A stretch of DNA of 64,000 nucleotides from Akkermansiaceae bacterium (GTDB lineage: Bacteria; Verrucomicrobiota; Verrucomicrobiia; Verrucomicrobiales; Akkermansiaceae). Each line of letters starts with the position of its first letter. Position 1 is the first letter of the stretch. Below, one piece after another: positions 45,498 to 54,189 of this stretch. The notes beneath the pieces are model-generated. The model was given only the letters and a program-made list of their open reading frames with translations. It did not search any database and was not told the origin of the DNA. Location: NCBI GenBank assembly GCA_965657795.1, contig CBFHQJ010000014.1, forward strand, positions 923-64,922, given 5' to 3'. A program made the translations under genes and the position numbers.

Positions 45498-48400
45498 ATG
45501 CACCCTTCCTCGGGAATCATACCATGCGCTCTGATTGCCATCACTTGTTGGCTCAGCGGTGGACGGGGCTTTGCAAGTCTCCCGACGGAGATCACCTCAC
45601 AGGGGTTCGCCTCGCAAACCCACAGTCACTCCAGCGGACTCTACCCCGCCGCGCAGGCCATTGATGGGGATCTCACCACCTTCAATCACACCGAATCCCA
45701 AACTCCGGGTGGCGCTTGGGAGCTCACCTTTCCGACGGAGCGTGAACTCAGCTCGGTCGAAATCGTGAGCCGCGATTGCTGCGCCGGACGTTTGAATGGC
45801 GGCACCCTTCGTTTGTTCGACGGCGAAGCCGAAATGGTCTTCGAAGTAGATCTCATCGACAGTGGCCCGCTAACCACTTTCACGGCCGAAATCCCGGAAG
45901 GAACGATGGCCCGGAGTCTTCGCATCGGTTTTGATCCCGACGAGAATGGTATCGTTCACCTTGCCGAAGTCCGCGTCTTTGGACCTGCGGGCGATCCACC
46001 GGCGATCGAGCAATTCGAGGCAAACGGAAACACCCTGACCTGGAATGTCAGCAATGCCGGCTCCATCGAACTTTATGGCGTGGGATCTCTCGCGGCCAGT
46101 GGATCCTTGACCCTCTCGCCTACCACCAGCACTGCCTACTTTCTCACTGCTAGCAATCCCTGCGATACCATCACCGCGAGTACTTCCATCACGATTGATG
46201 GCATCCCTCTTCTGCCCCGGATTACCGAATTCAATGCCGTCGGCGATGACTGGGTGGAAATCTGGAATCCTAGTAACTCTTCATTGAACCTGACCGGCTG
46301 GCATCTCACCGACGATCCCGACAATCCGCAACGTTGGGCTTTTCCAATTAATCAATCGATCCAAGCCGGCGAACTCCTCACGATCCCAAGACCCTTTGGT
46401 CTCGCGCGCGAAAAAGGATCCTACCTTGCCCTCATCGACCCGGAAGGAGCAGTCGTTTCGCAATTCACCTATCCGGAGCAATTCGAAGGAAGCAGCTACG
46501 GAATCGATCTCGAAGGCAACGAACGCTATTTCCTCCAACCCACTCCGGACGAATTCAATTTCAGCCCCAGCGTTTCCGGCTTCTTGTCCGGCGTCAATTT
46601 TTCGTCTGAGCGAGGAATCTACAATGCTCCGATTTCACTCACACTTAGCGCCAAAACACCGGGAGCACGCATCCTCTACTCGACCGATGCCTCCGACCCC
46701 TCGACCGAATACACCGGCCCAATTTCAATCTCAAGTACGAGAGTCATTCGAGCAATAGAAGTCCTCGATGGTTTCCAGCCTCCTCGCGCGGAGGCACATA
46801 CTTTTCTTTTCCCCGAAGGCCTCGCTTTGCAGCCCGAATTCCCCGCAGGCTTTCCGGACGACTGGCTCCCCGGCACTGCCAGCGGAGCGCTCGCTCCCAT
46901 TTCGCGCCGTTCCGACTACGAGATGGATCCGGAGATTATTGGTGACGCACCTTTCACCGACCGCCAAGGTGAGACCTTCGACATTCCCGAAGCACTGACC
47001 TCGCTCCCCAGCCTTTGCCTCACCCTTCCCAATGATGAAATGTGGGACCCTGATGACGGGCTACATGCAAATGCCCTCAAACGGGGACGCAACTGGGAGC
47101 GCGAAATCTCGATGGAAATCATCGATCCGGCATCCGGTGAAAATTTTCATACCGGCTGCGGACTGCGAATCCACGGTGGCCGTGGGCGGGTTGCGGAGAT
47201 GTTGAAGAAGTCCTTCCGCCTCTATTTCCGGGGCGACTATGGTGCGACCAAATTCGACTACCCCCTCTTCGAAGGAATGCCGGACGGCGGAGTCGACCAC
47301 CTCGTTCTCCGCGGCGGCAATGGTAAGACCTGGGCCAGCCCGTGGCGAGACCTGACCGGCGGCGGAAACTCCCTCCCTCGCGTGACCTATCTGCGGGACC
47401 AGTTCCTCCGCGATACCAATCGCGCCATGGATCAACCCAGCTTCGCGGGGACTTTCGCCCACCTTTACATCAACGGTATTTACTGGGGCCTTTACAATCC
47501 CATTGAACGTCCCGGCGGACCTTACGCCGCCAATCACTTCGGAGGAGATGCCGATACCGACTGGGACTTCCTGAAGTGGGCCAATGGACTCCCCACCCAG
47601 GTGACTCATGGTGACACCGAAGCCTGGGATGAAGTCCTTGCCCTTTCGCGCAGCAACCCAGCCGCCAACTTCGCCGAAATCGCCGGGAGGGTCGATATCG
47701 ACAACCTCGCCGACTTCCTCATTTCCAATTTCTATGTCGGCAACATCGACTGGGCAGGCACCCGCAACAACAGCTACGCCTTCCGCTCCCGCACCGGTGT
47801 CTCAGACGGAAAATTCCGTTTCATGTGCTGGGATGGAGAAGAGAGTTTTCTCAACACCGGAGCCAACTCAACCGACCAGAACCGTGAAACCACTGCGATG
47901 GAGCTTCACCTTGATCTCCGCACCGTGCCCGCATATCGCCGCCGTTTTGCCGACCGCGTCCACCGACACCTCGTCGATGAAGACGGCGTCCTGCAAACAG
48001 AAATCGCGACGGCCCGACATGATTCCCTCGCCGACCTGGTTGACGAAGGTATCGCCGCTGAGTCCGCCCGCTGGGGCGACCTTCTCCGTCCAAACGATCC
48101 CTATACATACGATGGCGACTGGACCACTGAGATCAACAACCTCACCAACAACTATCTCACCAACCGCCCCGCCACCACTCTCTCTCAATTGCGGGTAGAC
48201 AACCTCTACCCCATGACAATAGCTCCGGTGGCTGCAATGAGCGGGAGCAATTCCTTCACGCTAGACGCACCGGCGGGAGAAATTTGGTTTACCACCGACG
48301 GGAGCGACCCAAGAAGATCCGGAACAGCTGAAATCTATGATGTTACAACCAACTCGTCCGCCTTGATCGAACTCGATGCAACCTGGGACTATCTCGATGA

Positions 48401-49787
48401 CGGAAGCAACCTCTCCGGAACAAACTGGACTGCGACGACCTACGATTCTTCGACCTGGTCTAGCGGTCCTGCACCCCTTGGTTACGGAGGCATCAGCGGA
48501 GCAAGTATCGCCACTCAAATTGATTTTGGGGGCGACTCCAACAACAAGCACATCACGAGCTATTTCCGGCAGGACTTCCAAATCGCCGATGCCTCCAACG
48601 CAGGTTCCCTCCTTATCCAATACATGCGTGACGATGGCGCGGTCATTTACCTCAACGGAACCGAAATTGAGCGATCCAATCTCCCGGCAGGCGCGATCGA
48701 TACCAACACAACCGCGCTGCAGTCCATTGGAGGGAATGATGAATCGGCACTGATCTCAGTCGAGGCCCCGTCCAACCTACTCGTTACCGGCACCAATACT
48801 ATCGCGGTCGCAGTCCATCAGAACCGCGGCAATTCATCTGACTCTGTCTTTGCGCTCCGCCTTTCGGAAACGACCGATGGAATCGCTCTTTCTGGTGACA
48901 CCCGTGTGAAGGCGCGCGCGCTCCACAATGGCGAATGGTCCGCCTTGGAAGATGAAACCTTCCGCCTAAACGATTCCCTCCCCAAATTGGTCGTCAGTGA
49001 GCTCATGTATCACCCCGCTCCTCCATCGGCCTCCGAAATCGCCGCCGGGTTCACCAACGATGACAACTTCGAATTCATCGAAATTCGCAACGTGGGAGGT
49101 CATACCCTCCTGCTCGATGGCATCCGTTTTACCAAAGGCGTCGACGCAAATCTTGAAGGAACCCTCTCCGCCGGAGCGGCCGCCCTCCTGGTTTCAAATC
49201 GTGCCGCCTTCGAATTCCGCTACGGCACCGACCTCCCCATCCTGGGTGAATGGCAAAGCGGTGACCGGCTCGACAACGGTGGTGAGAAAATCAGGATTCG
49301 TGATGCTGAAGATCGCATCATTCAGGAGTTTACTTACGATGACCGCAATCTTTGGCCCGAATCTCCCGACGGCGATGGCCCCAGCCTCACCCTTATCGCT
49401 CCGGCCACCCTGCCCGATCACAAACTTCCTTCCAACTGGCGATCCAGTTCGACGAAGGGCGGAAACCCCGGCACAAGTGATGCCACCACCTTCCCGGGCG
49501 ACAACTCCTCGGACCTCCTCGACTATGCCGCCAAAGGCAATCCGGAAAGCGAAATCCTCCCTGACGGAAACTACGCGACCACCCTTCAAATCAATCCCCT
49601 CGCAGACGACATCCTCATTCATCTAGAAGCCTCGACCGACCTCGAGGTCTGGCATGATGCTGTCGACTCTTTCACCCGCTCCTCTCCCGGGCCTCTGAAC
49701 GCAGGGTTCTCATCAGTCACCTTTACCACCCTCACCCCACCGGACACTCCCCGGTTTTTTATTCGCTATCGGGTCACCCTGCGCTAG
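45498..49787 (+). CDS. Giant secreted discoidin-like - LTD - CotH kinase-like - beta-sandwich module - LTD - tail-module protein (CotH paralog 3)
   Basis: ATG 45498 lies 4 nt after the previous stop. The N-terminal F5/8-type-C-like module is 'AQAIDGDLTTFNHTESQTPGGAWELTF...VEIVSRDCCAGRLNGGTLRLFDG...HLAEVRVFG'. LTD: 'ITEFNAVGDDWVEIWNPSNSSLNLTGWHLTDD'. It has a CotH-like core. 'WDYLDDGSNLSGTNW...GYGGISGASIATQIDFGGDSNNKHITSYFR...DDGAVIYLNG' matches paralog 1. C-terminal LTD: 'LVVSELMYHPAPP...FEFIEIRNVGGHTLLLDGIRFTKGV'. Confidence 0.7.
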   Translation: MHPSSGIIPCALIAITCWLSGGRGFASLPTEITSQGFASQTHSHSSGLYPAAQAIDGDLTTFNHTESQTPGGAWELTFPTERELSSVEIVSRDCCAGRLNGGTLRLFDGEAEMVFEVDLIDSGPLTTFTAEIPEGTMARSLRIGFDPDENGIVHLAEVRVFGPAGDPPAIEQFEANGNTLTWNVSNAGSIELYGVGSLAASGSLTLSPTTSTAYFLTASNPCDTITASTSITIDGIPLLPRITEFNAVGDDWVEIWNPSNSSLNLTGWHLTDDPDNPQRWAFPINQSIQAGELLTIPRPFGLAREKGSYLALIDPEGAVVSQFTYPEQFEGSSYGIDLEGNERYFLQPTPDEFNFSPSVSGFLSGVNFSSERGIYNAPISLTLSAKTPGARILYSTDASDPSTEYTGPISISSTRVIRAIEVLDGFQPPRAEAHTFLFPEGLALQPEFPAGFPDDWLPGTASGALAPISRRSDYEMDPEIIGDAPFTDRQGETFDIPEALTSLPSLCLTLPNDEMWDPDDGLHANALKRGRNWEREISMEIIDPASGENFHTGCGLRIHGGRGRVAEMLKKSFRLYFRGDYGATKFDYPLFEGMPDGGVDHLVLRGGNGKTWASPWRDLTGGGNSLPRVTYLRDQFLRDTNRAMDQPSFAGTFAHLYINGIYWGLYNPIERPGGPYAANHFGGDADTDWDFLKWANGLPTQVTHGDTEAWDEVLALSRSNPAANFAEIAGRVDIDNLADFLISNFYVGNIDWAGTRNNSYAFRSRTGVSDGKFRFMCWDGEESFLNTGANSTDQNRETTAMELHLDLRTVPAYRRRFADRVHRHLVDEDGVLQTEIATARHDSLADLVDEGIAAESARWGDLLRPNDPYTYDGDWTTEINNLTNNYLTNRPATTLSQLRVDNLYPMTIAPVAAMSGSNSFTLDAPAGEIWFTTDGSDPRRSGTAEIYDVTTNSSALIELDATWDYLDDGSNLSGTNWTATTYDSSTWSSGPAPLGYGGISGASIATQIDFGGDSNNKHITSYFRQDFQIADASNAGSLLIQYMRDDGAVIYLNGTEIERSNLPAGAIDTNTTALQSIGGNDESALISVEAPSNLLVTGTNTIAVAVHQNRGNSSDSVFALRLSETTDGIALSGDTRVKARALHNGEWSALEDETFRLNDSLPKLVVSELMYHPAPPSASEIAAGFTNDDNFEFIEIRNVGGHTLLLDGIRFTKGVDANLEGTLSAGAAALLVSNRAAFEFRYGTDLPILGEWQSGDRLDNGGEKIRIRDAEDRIIQEFTYDDRNLWPESPDGDGPSLTLIAPATLPDHKLPSNWRSSSTKGGNPGTSDATTFPGDNSSDLLDYAAKGNPESEILPDGNYATTLQINPLADDILIHLEASTDLEVWHDAVDSFTRSSPGPLNAGFSSVTFTTLTPPDTPRFFIRYRVTLR

Positions 49788-49807
49788 CACTCGATTGCGG
49801 AAGAGCC

Positions 49808-51184
49808 TCATTCGCCAAGAACCCCGGCGAACTCCTCATCCAACTGTTTGAGTATCTCCACCTCGTCCCGAAGATCAAATCCACCAGTCTCGATCATCCC
49901 AAGCAAATCGTCATACCGGCGTTCCCAGTCCGCCAAACGGTTACTCTGTCCCTTGCCAGGAAAGAGATCCTCAAGTTCAAGGGAAGAGGAGTTTAAAATC
50001 GTTCCCTGAATCACACGGTAACGACTCCGGTCATCGAGCTGCGAAAAAACCTCTTCGGCTCGTTCCGGATGATGACGCAGAAGAGAAGACCAAAGGACTT
50101 CTCTGGATTCCTGGTTGTCAATTGGTGCCTCAAGAGCACGTTCAGGAAACTCCCGTGCAAAGTCATCATAAAAGGCGGCTCGGGCCTCCCCCTCATCGGT
50201 CACTCCTCCGGAGTTATTTCTTTCAAACCATGTCAGTCCCTCTCCCGGCTCCATCCGTTCCAACAAGCCAGCTGCTTGCAGCAAAATGGAAGTGCGTCCC
50301 GGCCTGGCATCCGGCTTCAAAACACGCACACCTTCGGTTTCGGCTTCGGGCGAAGATGGCATGCGAATCTCGATGGCATAGCGACCTCCACCCCATCGGG
50401 CGACAAGTTTGGATGCAGTTCGCTTATCCTGCACTCCCTGAAGAATTCCTTCAATGATTGCATCCTGATAACCAAGAATCTCCGGACCTGCCTCTCCGGG
50501 ACCCGGAACCGCTGCCACGGCTGCTTCAAGATCACGTCCAGCATACCGGGCAAAGATTTCCCGAACCGCCTGCAGCTGCCAGGTGTCATCACTCCGAATG
50601 AAATAGAGATAGTCATCATGATCACCGATCGTGGCAGGCTCCATAACGCGCCCGGTGCGGTCCGCCGGAGAAGCATATTCCCTGAATCCAGCAAAAGCTG
50701 AAGCTGGATTAACTTCGGCCCACCCCCGGAAGGTTGAAAACCAAATCTGCCGGTATCCCCATCCATCGTATTTTGAGGGGTCGGTGGACTGCTCCAACCA
50801 TCTCAAAGCCCCTTCAGGATCCCGTCGTGCAAGCTCGGCATGCACCGCACAACGCACCCATCCACCCGGACCATCGGCACGCGCAGAAGCGGATTCATCA
50901 CGTAAAGCCACTAGCTCCTCATCACCAAGATGAGCCACTAAATTTTCAACCCGGTCGAAACTCGAGATTTTTCCCGTTTCATTTGCAAGGAATTCGCGGA
51001 GCCGACTGACAGCTTCCTCTCGCGAAACTCTTTCGCGACCCGACCGGGCCGATGAGCGCCCACTTAACTGATTGGAGGGTTGGGATTCTCCCCCTTCAAC
51101 AGAATCAGATAAAGCCAATCGTCCCAAAAACCCACCCACGATCACCGCTAAAGCGGCCACGGTAAGCTTCTTCTTTCCAATCAT
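49808..51184 (-). CDS. Single-pass membrane-anchored alpha-helical repeat protein, unknown function (paralog of 21155..22408)
   Basis: ATG 51184 gives MIGKKKLTVAALAVIVGGFLG (anchor). Repeats 'RRDPEGALRWLEQS', 'EVNPASAFAGFREY'. Same overall size and architecture as the 417-aa protein. Confidence 0.5.
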   Translation of the reverse strand: MIGKKKLTVAALAVIVGGFLGRLALSDSVEGGESQPSNQLSGRSSARSGRERVSREEAVSRLREFLANETGKISSFDRVENLVAHLGDEELVALRDESASARADGPGGWVRCAVHAELARRDPEGALRWLEQSTDPSKYDGWGYRQIWFSTFRGWAEVNPASAFAGFREYASPADRTGRVMEPATIGDHDDYLYFIRSDDTWQLQAVREIFARYAGRDLEAAVAAVPGPGEAGPEILGYQDAIIEGILQGVQDKRTASKLVARWGGGRYAIEIRMPSSPEAETEGVRVLKPDARPGRTSILLQAAGLLERMEPGEGLTWFERNNSGGVTDEGEARAAFYDDFAREFPERALEAPIDNQESREVLWSSLLRHHPERAEEVFSQLDDRSRYRVIQGTILNSSSLELEDLFPGKGQSNRLADWERRYDDLLGMIETGGFDLRDEVEILKQLDEEFAGVLGE

Positions 51185-51231
51185 TGTTCCATCCAAGAAG
51201 CGAAACAAGGCTGATCATTTGTTGTGATCAT

Positions 51232-52299
51232 TCACACAGGTTGGAAGTCACTTGCATGCTCTTTCAAGAGTCCCATCACTTCATCGAGCGAGGTCGCAAC
51301 TTCGTAGTCCTTGGACTCGCACACCGACTCCAGCAAGGGAAGGAGAGCGTCCCAAAAGCCCACTCCGTTCTCATCGGGGCGATTAAAAATCACAACCTTC
51401 TTCCCCTTCATGAGATCACTCTCCTGATGTTTAAAGATCATGAGCGCAAAGAGTTCCTGTACCGTTCCGGCCCCTCCGGGGAAGATCACGAAGGAGGTCG
51501 AATTTTCAATCATGACTTCCATGCGAGTGTAAATATCCTGGCGCAGCCAAAAGCACGAAAGCCCCTCCGGGAGCCCTTCCAACTCTATGATATGAGGAAC
51601 ATTGGAACCAGCGGTCCAGCCACCTCCAGCCACCGAACCCCGGACGACCGCGCCCATGATACCCGATTTTCCGGCTCCGGAAACACAGCCAAATTTGTTC
51701 TCAGCAAGACGCCGGCCAAGCTCCTCACCGTCAGCGATGTACGAAGGATCTTCGAGAGTCGCCGAACAAAAGACACACACGCTGCCAATTAAATCTTCAG
51801 GAGGTGGGGTATCAGCTTTCGGAATCTCGGTATTGCAGGCAATCTCACGATTTGGATCGGGAAAATCTCCCTGCATGGCCAGCTGCAATCGCTTAATGAC
51901 CTTAACCGGCTTTGAAGCACTCAGCAAAAATTCACGGAAGTCCTGCTTCACCGTTCCGAGCTCCCGAAGGCGTCCCAACAAGGAAAAAAACGGATCCCAC
52001 GAACCATCGCTATTCAGAATTATGGTGGGCTTGCCCTGAAGGTAGCGATCGAGAGTCTGATATCCCACAAAGACCGAAATGGCCTTGAACATGTCCTCCA
52101 ACGAGGCTCCAGGAGTGAAGACGAAAGCGTCCGACTCCTTGATCTTCTTCTCGATATTGCAAAGCGTAATCTGCTGATCACCATTTGAATTATAAATATC
52201 CCATCCCGCATTGTAGAGGTGGAACAAAAGCTTCGCTCGCGTCGAGCGACCGGGATCGTCGGAACCAATCACGGTTCCGGATAGTCTGACAATTGGCAT
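51232..52299 (-). CDS. LOG-family (TIGR00730-type) nucleotide 5'-monophosphate nucleosidase with an extra N-terminal degenerate LOG-like half
   Basis: The C-terminal half has 'VCVFCSAT...GCVSGAGKSGIMGAVVRG...TSFVIFPGGAGTVQELFAL...KKVVIFN' (GGGxGxMG-like and PGGxGTxxE motifs). The N-terminal half has the same layout with the motif decayed: 'SDAFVFTPGASLEDMFKA...KPTIILNSDGSWDPFFSLL'. Confidence 0.7.
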   Translation of the reverse strand: MPIVRLSGTVIGSDDPGRSTRAKLLFHLYNAGWDIYNSNGDQQITLCNIEKKIKESDAFVFTPGASLEDMFKAISVFVGYQTLDRYLQGKPTIILNSDGSWDPFFSLLGRLRELGTVKQDFREFLLSASKPVKVIKRLQLAMQGDFPDPNREIACNTEIPKADTPPPEDLIGSVCVFCSATLEDPSYIADGEELGRRLAENKFGCVSGAGKSGIMGAVVRGSVAGGGWTAGSNVPHIIELEGLPEGLSCFWLRQDIYTRMEVMIENSTSFVIFPGGAGTVQELFALMIFKHQESDLMKGKKVVIFNRPDENGVGFWDALLPLLESVCESKDYEVATSLDEVMGLLKEHASDFQPV

Positions 52300-52422
52300 C
52301 TTGAATGATAATTTGAAATTCTCGCGGGGAATTTCCCCCTCGCGCGGTCACTCAACATAGCGCAATCTCGCGTCAGGGAAGAAAAATTTCTGCAAGCGGC
52401 CATTTCTGAGGCGCGGAAAGGC

Positions 52423-52815
52423 TTGACCGAAGGCGGCATTCCGATTGGCAGCGTCATCGTCCATCGAGGGAAAATCATTGGACGCGGGCACAACCGTCGC
52501 GTCCAGCAGGCAAGCACCGTTTTGCACGGCGAGATGGATGCCTTTGAAAATGCCGGAAGACAATCCGCCAGCGTCTATCGGGAGTGCGAACTCTACACCA
52601 CCCTCTCACCCTGCCCGATGTGCAGCGGAGCGATCTTGCTTTACGGCATTCCCAAAGTGATCGTCGGCGAAAATCAAACATTCATGGGAGAAGAGGAACA
52701 CCTCCGCTCGCGAGGAGTTGAAGTGGAGGTCGTTCAAGACGAAGAGTGTATCGAATTGATGAAACAGTTCATCACAGAGAAGCCGGATCTTTGGAACGAA
52801 GACATCGGCGAGTGA
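52423..52815 (+). CDS. Yeast-type (FCY1-like) cytosine deaminase. This is the minimal ORF from TTG; the true N-terminus is probably upstream (see findings).
   Basis: 'HGEMDAFENAG' and 'TTLSPCPMCSGAILLYGIPKVIVGEN' form the HxE / PCxxC zinc motif. The C-terminus 'CIELMKQFITEKPDLWNEDIGE*' closely parallels the S. cerevisiae Fcy1 end (...MKQFIDERPQDWFEDIGE) as I recall it. Confidence 0.8.
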   Translation: MTEGGIPIGSVIVHRGKIIGRGHNRRVQQASTVLHGEMDAFENAGRQSASVYRECELYTTLSPCPMCSGAILLYGIPKVIVGENQTFMGEEEHLRSRGVEVEVVQDEECIELMKQFITEKPDLWNEDIGE

Positions 52816-54189
52816 TCACTTGGGCTCGACCCCTCGCTTGCGCATGATGGAAACAAGCGCACGTTCGCTTTTCTCGATGGGGCGAAAATTCCCCGGGCGA
52901 TATCCCTGGGTGATTTTCAAGGGTGTCCATCCGGATTTGTTCTTTTGATGCCAGATTTTAATATCGGCACCCAGTTCATCGAGAAGCGCCATCATTTCCG
53001 GAGCGCTTTTATAAGCCGCGGCATGCATCACGGTCTCGCCACGATCATCCTTCACGCTGAGATCCGCGCCCTCTTTGACCAAGTATCGCACCACCTCCAA
53101 GGCCGATTTCAAATCCGCCGCTTCTTCGCCCGGAGCCGTTACGCCCATTCCAGCAGCGGCCAAAAGGGGAGTCGTTCCGCAATGATTCGCCAGCGTAGGA
53201 TCAGCCCCCACCTCTTCGAGTGCTTTCAGGAAAGGAAGATCAGCTGTTTGGGCGGCCAAGAGATAAGGTGTCGCGCCCTGTCGATCCACCCGTGCCGTGC
53301 CACGAGGGCCACCTTTGAGTTTCAGATTGGGATCCGCACCGTGCCTCACCAGGATTTTGACCAACTCGAGACTGCTTAAAGCGCCCGAGCCCTTGGGAGT
53401 CGGCAGCCCGTCATCACCGTCACCTTTTACGGACTTCCGGACCCAACTCAAAACGTGAAGCGGAGCATAACCAGAACGCAGATCATTCGCGTTTGCGCCC
53501 ACCGTGAGAAGATACGCCGCTAATTCAAAATGCCCGTTTTCGATCGCAAGGATCAAAGCCGAAGTGCCATTACTCATGCGCTTGCGGCCTCGTTTCACCT
53601 TGGCCGCCTCGTTCACATCAGCGCCTTTATCAAGCAAGGCTTTGACCACATCGGCGTGCCCCTGACGGACCGCAAAGAGCAGAGGAGTGTAGCCGGATGC
53701 GAGAGGCTTTTTGAACTCTGCTCCTTTTTCTAACAAGTATCGGACGACATCAGCGTGACCGTCGGACGCGGCCCACATGAGCGGCGTTTGATCCCGATGC
53801 TCTTGAGCATCGATCTTAGCTCCAGCCTTCACGAGACTTTTGACAATTTCCAGCTTCCCGGTCCGGCTCGCGGTGTGAAGAGGTGATTCATCACCCGGCA
53901 GAGCCAGGTTGGCATCGGCTCCTGCTTTTAAGAGGCTGTTCACCATTTCCGAGTTCCCATTCTGACAAGCCAGCGAAAGTGGAGTGACTCCGTAACGATT
54001 GGTTTGATTGACCAAAACGCCCGATTTGATCAAGGCCTCGACCTTGGACAGGTCATTTTGGTGAGCTGCTTCGATCAGAGGATTCGCTTGCAAAGGCGCG
54101 AGTAAGAGGTAGCCGAAAGCTCCCGCTTTCGGAACCATGGCCACTACCGAAAGCAGGAGCTTTCGGCTACCTTCGAAGAGCAATCTCAT
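52816..54189 (-). CDS. Secreted ankyrin-repeat protein
   Basis: About 11 consecutive ANK repeats ('GVTPLSLACQNGNSEMVNSLLKAGADAN', 'DQTPLMWAASDGHADVVRYLLEKGAE', 'GYTPLLFAVRQGHADVVKALLDKGADVN' ...). Hydrophobic N-terminus. The ATG overlaps the upstream stop (ATGA). Confidence 0.85.
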   Translation of the reverse strand: MRLLFEGSRKLLLSVVAMVPKAGAFGYLLLAPLQANPLIEAAHQNDLSKVEALIKSGVLVNQTNRYGVTPLSLACQNGNSEMVNSLLKAGADANLALPGDESPLHTASRTGKLEIVKSLVKAGAKIDAQEHRDQTPLMWAASDGHADVVRYLLEKGAEFKKPLASGYTPLLFAVRQGHADVVKALLDKGADVNEAAKVKRGRKRMSNGTSALILAIENGHFELAAYLLTVGANANDLRSGYAPLHVLSWVRKSVKGDGDDGLPTPKGSGALSSLELVKILVRHGADPNLKLKGGPRGTARVDRQGATPYLLAAQTADLPFLKALEEVGADPTLANHCGTTPLLAAAGMGVTAPGEEAADLKSALEVVRYLVKEGADLSVKDDRGETVMHAAAYKSAPEMMALLDELGADIKIWHQKNKSGWTPLKITQGYRPGNFRPIEKSERALVSIMRKRGVEPK

